Shown in pieces: positions 1-10,147 of a stretch of 32,000 nt of DNA. The DNA comes from Candidatus Saccharimonadota bacterium (lineage in GTDB: Bacteria > Pseudomonadota > Gammaproteobacteria > Enterobacterales > Enterobacteriaceae). The notes under the pieces are model-generated. The model worked only from the letters and a program-made list of their open reading frames with translations, was not told where the DNA came from and did not search any database. Made by a program: the position numbers and the translations under genes. The stretch is taken from positions 330,001 to 362,000 of the forward strand of contig NZ_CP097762.1 in NCBI RefSeq assembly GCF_023585745.1, in the 5' to 3' direction. Position 1 is the first letter of the stretch. Every line of letters starts with the position of its first letter.

Positions 1-212
1 TAAGTCCTAGGAGGAATCTGCGCTAATATTAACATAATTATCATACCACCTATAACTTGCAATATTCTTAAACGTATTATTTCAAAATTTTGTCCACAAG
101 CACTCCACATTATAAAAATACCATATAATAACAAAATAATAATTAACAAAAACAACTTCACATCAATATGATATTTATTCCATATTGAATATCTTCCAAT
201 AATTTGTTTCAT
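1..212 (-). CDS. mrdB: Peptidoglycan glycosyltransferase RodA (MrdB), N-terminal part; the gene runs off the left edge of the window
   Basis: The reverse complement from the ATG at 212..210 reads MKQIIGRYSIWNKYHIDVKLFLLIIILLLYGIFIMWSACGQNFEIIRLRILQVIGGMIIMLILAQIPPRT. This aligns with the E. coli RodA N-terminus (..FWDKVHLDP..LLVYSALVIWSASGQD..MAQIPPR). It lies directly downstream of mrdA, as in E. coli. It is absent from the ORF track because it is truncated by the window edge. Confidence 0.9.
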   Translation of the reverse strand, partial: MKQIIGRYSIWNKYHIDVKLFLLIIILLLYGIFIMWSACGQNFEIIRLRILQVIGGMIIMLILAQIPPRT

Positions 213-254
213 AAATACATAATAATTAATTGTTTATAACAAACCATGTTTATA

Positions 255-2111
255 CTATTTCATCAAAACATAATCAAATATTTTTCTTGTAATCGTGCCT
301 GTCGATAACCCAATTCCTCCGTTTTCTAAAATTATAACTACAGCTACTGTAGGTTTCTCGTATGGAGCAAAAGCAGTCATTAATTTATGATCTTTAAGAT
401 ATATAGAAATACTATTTTGATCATATTTTTGACTGGATTTTAAACTAAATAATTGCGCAGTACCAGATTTTGCTGCAGCTTTATATGAAGCATCAGAAAA
501 ACTGCTATTCACTGTTCCATTAGGACGATTAGCAGCCCCAAACATTCCATCTTTAGCAATTTTCCATACATTAGATTTTGGATCGCCTACTTGATCATAT
601 TTTATTTGACGATATGGAATATGATCTTTATCTAAAATAATACTATTAAGCAAATGTGGTATGCGCACATTACCATCATTAATTAATGTTACTAAAGCTT
701 TAGACATCTGAACAGGTGTTGCTGTCCAATATCCTTGCCCTATTCCTACAGAAATAGTATCACCCTGATACCAAGGTTTTTTAAAACGCTGGATTTTCCA
801 TGCTTTTGTTGGCATCACGCCTGTCAATTCTTCAAATATATCTATACCAGTAGCTCTGCCATAGCCAAATTTACTCATCCATTCGGATAAATTATCTATT
901 CCCATTTTATATGCTATCTGATAAAAAAAAGTATCAGACGATTCTTCAATTGCTTTAGTAATATTCAACTCTCCATGTCCCCATCGTTTCCAATCTCGAA
1001 AACGTTTGTCTGATCCTGGTAATTGCCACCAACCAGGATCAAAAAATAAAAAATTTTTATTAATTATACCCAAAATTAATGCAGATACTGAAATATAAGG
1101 TTTTACTGTAGATGCTGGAGGATACATACCTTGAGTAGCGCGATTAAGTAAAGGACAATTGCTATCACGCAGTAATGTACTATATTCTGAATTAGATATA
1201 CCGTTAACAAATAAATTTGGATCATAACTAGGATGTGAAATTAAAGATAGAATACCTCCATCTCTCGGATCTAACACAATTACAGAAGATCTACTGCCCG
1301 TTAATAATTTTATTATATATTGTTGTAAACTAACATCTAATGTTAAAATAATATTTTTTCCTGGTATAGGAGGTTGCTCATATAATTTTCTAATAACTTT
1401 TCCACGATTATTAATTTCTACCACTCCATAACCAGGAGTTCCACATAAAATATTTTCATAATAACGTTCAATACCCAATCTACCTATACTAAGAGCATTA
1501 GAAAAACAACGATCATTAAATATTCCTAGTTTATTGAATTGTTTTATATCCTCTTTATTAACTTTAGATACATATCCTATAACATGAGTTAAAACTGATC
1601 CATAAGGATAATAACGACGTTGATAACCTTTAATTTTTACTCCAGAAAATTTAAATTTATTCACCGCAAAACGAGCCTGTTGCTCCTCAGTTAAATTTAC
1701 TTTAATAGGTAAATTATCAAATTTAGAGGCTCGCTTAAGTACATGTTCAAAACGTATAATATCATTGTCACTTAAATTTAATAAAGATTTTAACTCATGA
1801 ATAGTATAATATAAATTATCAGTATTATCTGGAACAATTTCTAATTGATAAACGGTACGATTTGATGCTAATTCCATGCCATTACGGTCATAAATAATAC
1901 CTCTTTTTGGTAGTATTGGAATAATTTTAATACGATTTTTATTAGAAAAAGTAGTATACAATTGAAAATTCACTATTTGAATTTGATACAAATTAATAAA
2001 TAAAACACTAATAATTAATAAAATAACAACATACGCAATTACCATACGACGTATAAATAAAACTAATTCAACTGAATAATTATTAAAAATTTGAAAATTA
2101 CTTACATTCAT
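255..2111 (-). CDS. mrdA: Penicillin-binding protein 2 (elongasome D,D-transpeptidase)
   Basis: The 618-aa ORF is colinear with E. coli PBP2 from the N-terminus (..LFIRRMV..NLYQIQIV..SNKNRIKIIPILPKRGIIYDRNG). The active-site motifs PASTVKP and KSGTAQ are present. Confidence 0.96.
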   Translation of the reverse strand: MNVSNFQIFNNYSVELVLFIRRMVIAYVVILLIISVLFINLYQIQIVNFQLYTTFSNKNRIKIIPILPKRGIIYDRNGMELASNRTVYQLEIVPDNTDNLYYTIHELKSLLNLSDNDIIRFEHVLKRASKFDNLPIKVNLTEEQQARFAVNKFKFSGVKIKGYQRRYYPYGSVLTHVIGYVSKVNKEDIKQFNKLGIFNDRCFSNALSIGRLGIERYYENILCGTPGYGVVEINNRGKVIRKLYEQPPIPGKNIILTLDVSLQQYIIKLLTGSRSSVIVLDPRDGGILSLISHPSYDPNLFVNGISNSEYSTLLRDSNCPLLNRATQGMYPPASTVKPYISVSALILGIINKNFLFFDPGWWQLPGSDKRFRDWKRWGHGELNITKAIEESSDTFFYQIAYKMGIDNLSEWMSKFGYGRATGIDIFEELTGVMPTKAWKIQRFKKPWYQGDTISVGIGQGYWTATPVQMSKALVTLINDGNVRIPHLLNSIILDKDHIPYRQIKYDQVGDPKSNVWKIAKDGMFGAANRPNGTVNSSFSDASYKAAAKSGTAQLFSLKSSQKYDQNSISIYLKDHKLMTAFAPYEKPTVAVVIILENGGIGLSTGTITRKIFDYVLMK

Positions 2112-2217
2112 TACATTAATATTTATTAATATTATTTTCTAAAAAACACTACTTCATTAATTTATGACCAATACATAAATATTGTCTCCTATAACATAAA
2201 TTTTAAACGATTTTACG

Positions 2218-2535
2218 CTAACTCCAAAGTTTCTCCAATTCATATTTTTTTCGAATCTCTTCTTGCATAATATGCACTATTACATCACCTAAATCCACCA
2301 AAACCCATTCACCTGTTGCTATACCTTCAGTCCCATAAGGTTTTACACCTATACCACGCGATTTACGTAAAATACCTTGTGATATTGAAATCACATGACG
2401 AGACGAAGTACCAGTGCAAATAATCATTATATCTGTAATACTACTTTTATTATGCATATCAAAAAATACAATATTTTTTCCTTGCATGATACTCATCATA
2501 TCAATTAAAAAATCCTTTAAAATATCAGATTGCAT
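2218..2535 (-). CDS. rsfS: Ribosomal silencing factor RsfS (YbeB)
   Basis: The ORF is 105 aa, the same length as E. coli RsfS. Conserved blocks include SSITDIMIICTGTSSRHV and VDLGDVIVHIMQEE..YELEKLWS. Confidence 0.93.
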   Translation of the reverse strand: MQSDILKDFLIDMMSIMQGKNIVFFDMHNKSSITDIMIICTGTSSRHVISISQGILRKSRGIGVKPYGTEGIATGEWVLVDLGDVIVHIMQEEIRKKYELEKLWS

Positions 2536-3205
2536 AATATATTCCTAAATATACATTTATAACACACGCAAAATACTACTACATAATTTATATACTGACA
2601 CAGTAAATACTGTATAAATAACATGCAAATTGTTTTAATATTTAATATTACGAATAACATACACCTACATCTAATACTTATTAAAAATAAAAAAAATTTG
2701 ACAAAATTTATAACCTGTTAAAAACTTTGTCATGATAAATATCAATATCAATGCCTATACCAATATAATACTTATTACATTGTTTATATTATCATTTAGT
2801 ATCAATCAAGTATTTAATAAAAAGCAATTATTCAAATACAAAAATAATTAACATAAAATAATCTATTATTTTAATTGAAATACGCACAATTCATTTCAAA
2901 TACTTCGCGCACTACTTTCACGCAATACATTAATTAATAATTAAATTTATATTTAAAAATAAATTTAATTATTATATGCCGCTTTATCATTATATTATTT
3001 AATATTTATTTTCATGCAATAATATTTCATGAATTAGATCAATCAAATATTCTATAAACTAGATAAGATCCTTGTATTAAGGATACAATATTTATTTATT
3101 TTCTATACAAATTATTATTATAATATCTTTATAATTAAAATATCCAAACTAGATACACATCATATCTAATATTTAAAACAAACAAGCTACACTATACTAA
3201 TGTGT

Positions 3206-4219
3206 CTAACATAACATACTAGATAATTCTTCAAAAATTGACTGTGATAAACAAATATAATCTTTTTTATATCGCAATTCAGTTTCTGCTAAAAATCTTA
3301 CCACTTCATATAATTGAGATACATTTAATCGTCTTGCAGCTTTAAATAACAATGCATAACGATATTTTTTATGAATTTTATATTTTTGAGGCATATCAAA
3401 CAAAGACCCTTTTTTCAACATAAAATTCTTTATGTCAACTATTACTAATATTTCATATATAATCTTGAAAAATAATCTATCCAAACTTCCTTCTATAAAA
3501 CTTAATCTTTTTAAGATACGATCCGAACGTTTTTTATCCCCTAATAAAATTGATTCTATCCAATGATTTATGCTAAAACATGATAAATCACTTAAAAATT
3601 CCTTAACAATCATACAATCTAAATGCTTATTCGAATAAATTAAAGACAAATTTTGTAACATTTGATTTAATAACTCTAAATTACCCTCATAATAGTAACA
3701 TAACATTTGACATATTGAATCTTCAACTATTAACTGTAAAGTTTTAGCTTTATTTTTTACCCACGTTATTAATCTTATATCTGTCAACGCATCACAATTA
3801 ACACATCTTCCTGGTACAGGCAAATAATGTAAAAAAGAAGAAATATGACTGCTAACAATTTTATTTAATGCATTAATATATAAAATTAATATAATATCAT
3901 CATGAATAACGGAAAATAACAAAGATGCATTTTTCTTAAAATCAGATATTGGATAATTACGTGAAAATATTAATGACAATGTCTTTTTCTTGTCAAACAA
4001 ATCTGCAGTTTTAAACAAATTAATAATATCATTCCAACATGAGTAAATATTTAATTCAACGATAATATGTCTACTAAAACCTAAAACCTTGGATGCCTCC
4101 ACAATATTTAAATAACTATCACGTAATATATAAGTATCATTACCCAACAATAAATACATTGATTTAAGTTCTTTCTTTAATTCTGTAACTAATTGTTCGG
4201 GGTATATCCAAGGTATCAT
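3206..4219 (-). CDS. holA: DNA polymerase III delta subunit
   Basis: The 337-aa ORF aligns with E. coli HolA (MI..YPEQL..YLLLGND; LCYYYEGNL..L..LSL; ETELRYKKDY versus RTELTLKQDY). Its position between lptE and rsfS matches E. coli synteny. Confidence 0.9.
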   Translation of the reverse strand: MIPWIYPEQLVTELKKELKSMYLLLGNDTYILRDSYLNIVEASKVLGFSRHIIVELNIYSCWNDIINLFKTADLFDKKKTLSLIFSRNYPISDFKKNASLLFSVIHDDIILILYINALNKIVSSHISSFLHYLPVPGRCVNCDALTDIRLITWVKNKAKTLQLIVEDSICQMLCYYYEGNLELLNQMLQNLSLIYSNKHLDCMIVKEFLSDLSCFSINHWIESILLGDKKRSDRILKRLSFIEGSLDRLFFKIIYEILVIVDIKNFMLKKGSLFDMPQKYKIHKKYRYALLFKAARRLNVSQLYEVVRFLAETELRYKKDYICLSQSIFEELSSMLC

Positions 4220-4279
4220 AATATTATTTTTAATAAATATTAAATCTAAAATTATTCCTTTTATATATGAAAGAATTAT

Positions 4280-4840
4280 TTATTCTAAAATACATAAAGA
4301 TTTTTTATAAAAAAATAATTTATATATAATTTTTTTCGCTGCATCTTGATACATTTCAGTAATTATATTGTTGTTTTGAACACTTTTAGACAAAGCACTC
4401 CTAGGATCTCCTATTAAAGATCGACATAAATGCACTTTAATACACTCCCAATCTTTATTGGGTGGTATTAATATATTGATTTTTACATCCAACATTAATT
4501 GATATTCAGCTTCTTCCCCATTTTTAAAGACAGAAGTAGTAATATAGCGCTCTAAAACATTTACAATATGTAAGTAAAAAATATATGAATTTCTAGGAAA
4601 AAAATCATTATTTACATCATTAAAAACATTTATTTTTTTCTTATATAATTCAGTTTTAATAGCACTAACAATCGGATGGCATGGATCATAACTACTTAAT
4701 AATACAGTTTCTATTCCATCAATTGAAGAATTATACAATAAATTGTTAGATGTATTTTTATATAACCTATAACTACATCCTTCTACCATAACACTTGCAA
4801 TCAAAATATATATTATTAATATATAACATGTAAGATTCAT
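4280..4840 (-). CDS. lptE: LPS-assembly lipoprotein LptE (RlpB)
   Basis: The 186-aa ORF has an N-terminal signal peptide ending in a lipobox-like VEGC. The central block VFKNGEEAEYQLMLDVKINILIP...ITEMYQDAAKKIIYKL matches E. coli LptE (VFRNGQTAEYQMIMTV..VLIP...VKEMYDRAAEQLIRKL). Its ATG overlaps the leuS stop as ATGA (4837..4840). Confidence 0.88.
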   Translation of the reverse strand: MNLTCYILIIYILIASVMVEGCSYRLYKNTSNNLLYNSSIDGIETVLLSSYDPCHPIVSAIKTELYKKKINVFNDVNNDFFPRNSYIFYLHIVNVLERYITTSVFKNGEEAEYQLMLDVKINILIPPNKDWECIKVHLCRSLIGDPRSALSKSVQNNNIITEMYQDAAKKIIYKLFFYKKSLCILE

Positions 4841-7464
4841 TGTGTAACGATATTAATCGCTTTATTTTTGATATACACTATGTTTATAATTTTTCTTGTA
4901 ACTAAGATAGTATCTAAAATACCTTTTTCTTCCAAAATTTTATATAAAAAATTTTTATCACTATTCCAAGGAACATAAATTTTATGTCGCATCTTTCCAT
5001 CCACCTGTACTGATATAAATGTCCTATCATTTTGAATTGCAGAAGCATCTATAGATGGCCACGATACACAATCAATATCTTGTTTTCCGCCTAAGGCTTG
5101 CCATAAAACAAAACTAATATGCGGAGTAAATGGATATAATAAACGCACCACAACTAATAATGCTTCCTGTAGGATCGCTCTATCCGGACCACTTGCTTTC
5201 TCAGCAGTGTTTAATATATTCACTAATTTCATAATAGCAGCTAAAGCTGTATTAAACGATTTCCTGCGATCTATATCATCAGTGACTTTTTCTATAGTTT
5301 TATGTATACTAAAGCGAATAAATTTTTGTGCAGAATTAAGTGATAAATCATCGCATAAATTATCTATTGGACCATTATTATGCACATGTTCATATACTAA
5401 ATTCCAAACACGTTTAAGAAAACGTTGCGCACCTATCAAACCAGATTCATTCCATTCTAAAGTTTCTGTAATTGGAGCAGCAAACATTATAAAAAATCGC
5501 ACTGTATCAGCGCCATATTTTTTTATAATTTTACTAGGATCAACCCCATTATTTTTGGATTTTGACATTTTACAAGTACCAGTATAAATAAGATTATGTC
5601 CATCTTTATCTATAGCTTTCACAATACGCCCTGCTTTGTCTCTACTCACTATTGCGTCAGTAGAATTAACCCATATGCGCTGATTATCATCAGCAATATA
5701 ATAAAATGCATCTGATACAACCATACCTTGACATATCAAACTTACTGCAGGTTCATCCGATGATAATAACCCTATATCTCGCATTAATTTATGATAAAAA
5801 CGAAAATACAGTAAATGCATCACAGCATGTTCTATTCCACCTATATATTGATCCACTGGCAACCAATAATTAGCAGCACATGAATTTAACATACCTTTAT
5901 TATAATGAGGACAAGAATAACGCGCATAATACCAAGAAGATTCCATAAAAGTATCAAAAGTATCAGTATCACGAATAGCAATACGCCCTTTATAGTTAGT
6001 ATATATCCAATCAGTATATTCTTTTAAGGAACTATTAATATAATTATTTAATTGATTTTTGGTAAATAATGTTTTTGTAGGTAAAGTTACCGGCAAATTT
6101 TCAACAGCTACTGGTTTTACTGATCCATCTTCCAGCGTTACCATAGGAATAGGTACACCCCAATATCGTTGCCTAGAAATATTCCAATCTTTCAAACGAT
6201 ATTTTATTGAATATTTGGCGATACCATATTTAATCAATTTTTTAGAAATCATATTATTAGCCACATTTGAATGAAATCCATTAAATTCATTAGAATTACA
6301 CAAAATTCCATCACTAATCATTGCTTTTTCACAAATATTATCTTGAGTTCCATCATTATTCTTAATCACTTGTTTAACTGGCAAATTATATTTACGCGCA
6401 AAATCTAAATCTCTTTGATTATGCGCTGGTACAGCAGCAATTGCAGATTCTTTTCCTTCTAATTCTATAAAAGAAGAAGAAAAAAAATTAACAATCCAAA
6501 TTGGTAATATATTATGAGTTATCGGGTGTATTGCATACATATTAGTAAACACACCCTGTTGTTCACGATATGAAAAATCTTTACTATCTATGTCAGAACA
6601 AGATATATCATTGCTTTTAACAAAATTAACTACATCAATATTAAATTGAGCAGCTTTTGCAGTGATAGGATGATCTATAGATACTACTACGTAAGTAATT
6701 CCCATAAAAATATCTAATCGCGTCATATATATTGATAATACATCATCACAATCTAAAACTTTAAAAGTAACATTCATACCAACTGAACGCCCAATCCAAT
6801 TACGTTGCATAACTTTAACTTGTTCAGGCCAATGTTTTAATGTATCTAAACCTTGTAATAACTGATCAGCATACATAGTAATCTTTATAAACCATTGAGA
6901 CATTTTTTTATACTGAACACGAGTTTGACAACGCCAACAACAATTATTAATAACCTGCTCATTTGCTAAAACTGTTAAATGATATGGACACCAATTTACA
7001 AATGTTAATTTTTTATATATCAAACCTCTTTCATACAATACAATAAATAACCATTGTTCCCAACGGTAATATTCAGGATGACAAGTAATAATCTCTCTAT
7101 TCCAATCATACGCAAACCCTAATAATCTTAATTGACGCTTCATAGAACAAATATTAGAATATGTCCAAGATTCTGGATCCATTTTATTTATCATAGCCGC
7201 GTGTTCTGCGGGTAATCCAAATGCATCCCAACCTATCGGTTGAAGTACATTTTTCCCTAACATACGCTGATAACGCGAAATTACATCACCAATTGTGTAA
7301 TTCCTTACATGACCCATATGCAAATTTCCAGAAGGATATGGAATCATAGATAAACAATAATACTTTTCTTGATCACTATATTCTGTTACTGAAAACGTTT
7401 TGTTCTCATACCAATGATGTTGCACAACGCTTTCAATTTCACTAGGCGTGTATAATTTCTTCAT
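4837..7464 (-). CDS. leuS: Leucyl-tRNA synthetase
   Basis: The 875-aa ORF carries the class I motifs HMGH (GNLHMGHVRNY) and KMSKS (CKMSKSKNNG). It is colinear with enterobacterial LeuRS. Confidence 0.98.
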   Translation of the reverse strand: MKKLYTPSEIESVVQHHWYENKTFSVTEYSDQEKYYCLSMIPYPSGNLHMGHVRNYTIGDVISRYQRMLGKNVLQPIGWDAFGLPAEHAAMINKMDPESWTYSNICSMKRQLRLLGFAYDWNREIITCHPEYYRWEQWLFIVLYERGLIYKKLTFVNWCPYHLTVLANEQVINNCCWRCQTRVQYKKMSQWFIKITMYADQLLQGLDTLKHWPEQVKVMQRNWIGRSVGMNVTFKVLDCDDVLSIYMTRLDIFMGITYVVVSIDHPITAKAAQFNIDVVNFVKSNDISCSDIDSKDFSYREQQGVFTNMYAIHPITHNILPIWIVNFFSSSFIELEGKESAIAAVPAHNQRDLDFARKYNLPVKQVIKNNDGTQDNICEKAMISDGILCNSNEFNGFHSNVANNMISKKLIKYGIAKYSIKYRLKDWNISRQRYWGVPIPMVTLEDGSVKPVAVENLPVTLPTKTLFTKNQLNNYINSSLKEYTDWIYTNYKGRIAIRDTDTFDTFMESSWYYARYSCPHYNKGMLNSCAANYWLPVDQYIGGIEHAVMHLLYFRFYHKLMRDIGLLSSDEPAVSLICQGMVVSDAFYYIADDNQRIWVNSTDAIVSRDKAGRIVKAIDKDGHNLIYTGTCKMSKSKNNGVDPSKIIKKYGADTVRFFIMFAAPITETLEWNESGLIGAQRFLKRVWNLVYEHVHNNGPIDNLCDDLSLNSAQKFIRFSIHKTIEKVTDDIDRRKSFNTALAAIMKLVNILNTAEKASGPDRAILQEALLVVVRLLYPFTPHISFVLWQALGGKQDIDCVSWPSIDASAIQNDRTFISVQVDGKMRHKIYVPWNSDKNFLYKILEEKGILDTILVTRKIINIVYIKNKAINIVTQ

Positions 7465-7643
7465 AAGAATTTAGTTCTAAATATTATTAATTAATAAATT
7501 AAATTAATTACAGACATAAATATACTTATAATAATGTATTTTAAGTATACAAATACTAACTAATATAGTAAACGCATAATATGATTATTGTTAGTTATAC
7601 ATCAATGTAAAATATATATGAACATCAGTATATTAAATAATAT

Positions 7644-9233
7644 TTAATCTAAAAAAAAATTAGAATTACGTTTATATATAATTTTAAAATTTAAACATAA
7701 AAAAACACATATAAAAAATAAAGAAACACTCCAAAATAATTTTGATCCAAACTTTGCGTACGGTGTTAAACCAGTAGTAGGCGCCACAGTCGCATTAAGT
7801 ACTGAAGAAATAAATTGTAATAATCGAACTTGCACCGAACCATCGGCATTAATAATTGCAGTAACCCCATTATTTGTACTACACAGCAAAGGTCTACCTA
7901 ATTCTAAAGCACGCATACGAGCTATTTGCAGATATTGCCATGGCTCTGTAGAATCCCCAAACCATGCATTATTTGCAACAGTTAATAAAAAATCAGTATC
8001 AGGACTAAAATTATTACGCATTTGTTTCCCACAAATTATTTCATAACAAATAACCGCAGTTATCTTAACCTGTGACGTAATTAAAGGATTTTGTATATAC
8101 GAACCTTTTTGCATAAAAAAAACCGGCATATCAAGTATGTTAAACAACAATTTAATAAAACTTTTTTGACAAGGATATGTTTCTGTAAACAACACTAAAT
8201 GATGCTTATCATATCTATTAATACTCGGATATTTGTAAGGCTGAAAATTTCCCAAAACTATAATACTATTATAATAACAATAAATATTTTTAATATTGTT
8301 TATTCCAATAATACCAGTAATTAAATTAGTCTGAAAAGCACTAAGTTTTTTATCTAGGATAGTTAACATATAACTATAATCCTTTTCATTACCTGGAATT
8401 GCCGATTCTGGCCAAATAATAATTTTTGTTGTTCCTAAAAGAGTCAAAGTATGTCGAACATATGTTCGTAATATATGCTCAACATAGTTAACATCCCATT
8501 TAATTTTCTGATCAATATTACCTTGCACTAAAGATACATGCACTGCACGTTTTGGTTGTACAGAATACCAATGTAGACATGTTAAACACCATAAACATAA
8601 TAATATTCCTGCAGCAATCATAGCTGGTAATAATGATCTTTGTATTATTGATACCGATAATAATCCACTGATTAAAACTAAAACAAATGTAACTCCTTCC
8701 ACACCAAAAATTGGCGCTATACTCTTAAGTGGCCCATCAATCTGACTATATCCTAATTGTAACCAAGGAAACCCTGTAAACATATACTCTCGAACATATT
8801 CAATAATAGACCATAACACTGGGATAATACTTACTGTATATCGTAATGGCATAATTTTTAAATATGAACGTATAACAGATAAAACTATAGAAAAAAATAT
8901 AGGAAATAATGCTAAATATAACAGAAAAAAAATAATTAAAATTATTACAATATAATTACTAATATTACTAAATCTATGTAAACTAATATACATCCATTGC
9001 AAACCGCTACCAAAAAATCCAATTCCCCAAAAAAATGCATAAAATGCAGATTGTTTCCATGTCGATTCTAATACTTTTATTAATAATATAGTTAGAGAAA
9101 TAATACTAGCTGGCCAAAAATTATATGAAGAAAATGCTAAAATAGCAAATAATCCAGAAAATAACATTATAAATGCCCAAAAAAATTTCTGGTATCTACA
9201 ATAAAAACCATAATATTTTATATAATGTTGCAT
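7644..9233 (-). CDS. lnt: Apolipoprotein N-acyltransferase
   Basis: The 529-aa ORF has a multi-TM N-terminus followed by a nitrilase-type domain. All three catalytic-triad contexts are retained (IIWPESAI, YDKHHLV, VICYEII). Its ATG overlaps the corC stop by 1 nt (TAATG at 9231..9235). Confidence 0.93.
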   Translation of the reverse strand: MQHYIKYYGFYCRYQKFFWAFIMLFSGLFAILAFSSYNFWPASIISLTILLIKVLESTWKQSAFYAFFWGIGFFGSGLQWMYISLHRFSNISNYIVIILIIFFLLYLALFPIFFSIVLSVIRSYLKIMPLRYTVSIIPVLWSIIEYVREYMFTGFPWLQLGYSQIDGPLKSIAPIFGVEGVTFVLVLISGLLSVSIIQRSLLPAMIAAGILLCLWCLTCLHWYSVQPKRAVHVSLVQGNIDQKIKWDVNYVEHILRTYVRHTLTLLGTTKIIIWPESAIPGNEKDYSYMLTILDKKLSAFQTNLITGIIGINNIKNIYCYYNSIIVLGNFQPYKYPSINRYDKHHLVLFTETYPCQKSFIKLLFNILDMPVFFMQKGSYIQNPLITSQVKITAVICYEIICGKQMRNNFSPDTDFLLTVANNAWFGDSTEPWQYLQIARMRALELGRPLLCSTNNGVTAIINADGSVQVRLLQFISSVLNATVAPTTGLTPYAKFGSKLFWSVSLFFICVFLCLNFKIIYKRNSNFFLD

Positions 9234-10114
9234 TAAATATCTTCTGCAGACGTATACAATGAATTTTTAGGAATTTTTACATGCAATTGTACGATACGAT
9301 GACTATCTGTAAGAACTACCTTAAAAATATAACCTAAAATATTAATAGATTCTCCATTTTTGGGTAAATGCCCAAAAGCTTGCACAACAAACCCACCAAT
9401 AGTATCTATTTCTTCATTATAAAAAGTAGTATTAAACATTTTATTAAAATCTACAACAGGAGTTAAAGCATTAACAATAAAAGCATATTGGCTAATCTGA
9501 CGAATATCACAATTATTTTTAATATCATATTCATCTTCAATTTCACCTACTATCAATTCTAAAATATCTTCTATAGTAATTAAACCAGACATACCTCCAA
9601 ACTCATCGATTACAATTGCCATATGACATCGCTGAATACGAAACTCCTTTAGCATTCTGTCTACGCCTTTGTTTTCTGGAACAACTAAAGCTGGACGTAA
9701 AATATTATCAATATTGTACAATTGTGATTTATCTAAAATAAATGGTAATAAATCTTTAGCAATTAAAACACCTTTAATTCTATCCTGATTACCATATAAT
9801 ACCGGGAATCTAGAATGAGCAGAATCTATAATAATTTTTAATTGTTCATCCCAAGATTGTGTATTTTTCAGATAAATTATTTGAGCTCTGGGCACCATAA
9901 TATCCCTAACTTTTTGTTCTACAATTTCCATAACTCCTTCTAACATATCTCGAGTATCTGAATCTATTAAAGAATTCTGCTCAAAATCACGTATTAAACT
10001 TAATAAATCATTACGATTTTTAGGGCTACTATGAAAAAGGTGGTGTAATATAAACGTAAAAAAATTTTTTTTACGAATACAACTAACATTTTCCTCCAAA
10101 TCATTAGCATTCAT
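9233..10114 (-). CDS. corC: Mg2+/Co2+ efflux-associated CBS-domain protein CorC (YbeX)
   Basis: The ORF is 293 aa (E. coli CorC is about 292 aa). It has typical CBS-pair and C-terminal CorC/HlyC-type sequence (MVPRAQI..., HMAIVIDEFGG.SGLITIEDILE.IVGEIEDE). Synteny ybeZ-ybeY-corC-lnt is preserved. Confidence 0.92.
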   Translation of the reverse strand: MNANDLEENVSCIRKKNFFTFILHHLFHSSPKNRNDLLSLIRDFEQNSLIDSDTRDMLEGVMEIVEQKVRDIMVPRAQIIYLKNTQSWDEQLKIIIDSAHSRFPVLYGNQDRIKGVLIAKDLLPFILDKSQLYNIDNILRPALVVPENKGVDRMLKEFRIQRCHMAIVIDEFGGMSGLITIEDILELIVGEIEDEYDIKNNCDIRQISQYAFIVNALTPVVDFNKMFNTTFYNEEIDTIGGFVVQAFGHLPKNGESINILGYIFKVVLTDSHRIVQLHVKIPKNSLYTSAEDI

Positions 10115-10147
10115 AATATCATTGTAACATATTTTATAAAAATTTAA

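Noticed and set aside
3125-3148. The minus-strand translation FGYFNYKD, considered as a possible remnant of the NadD N-terminal FGGTFDP motif.
   Set aside because: Only two or three residues match, stops flank it on both sides, and no further NadD-like segments follow downstream. It cannot be told apart from noise by eye. A profile search would be needed.
5207-6274. Plus-strand ORFs 5207..5587 (126 aa) and 6059..6274 (71 aa).
   Set aside because: Both lie entirely antisense within leuS, which is strongly supported. The translations are low complexity with no recognisable motifs. They are typical shadow ORFs of a long gene in AT-rich DNA.
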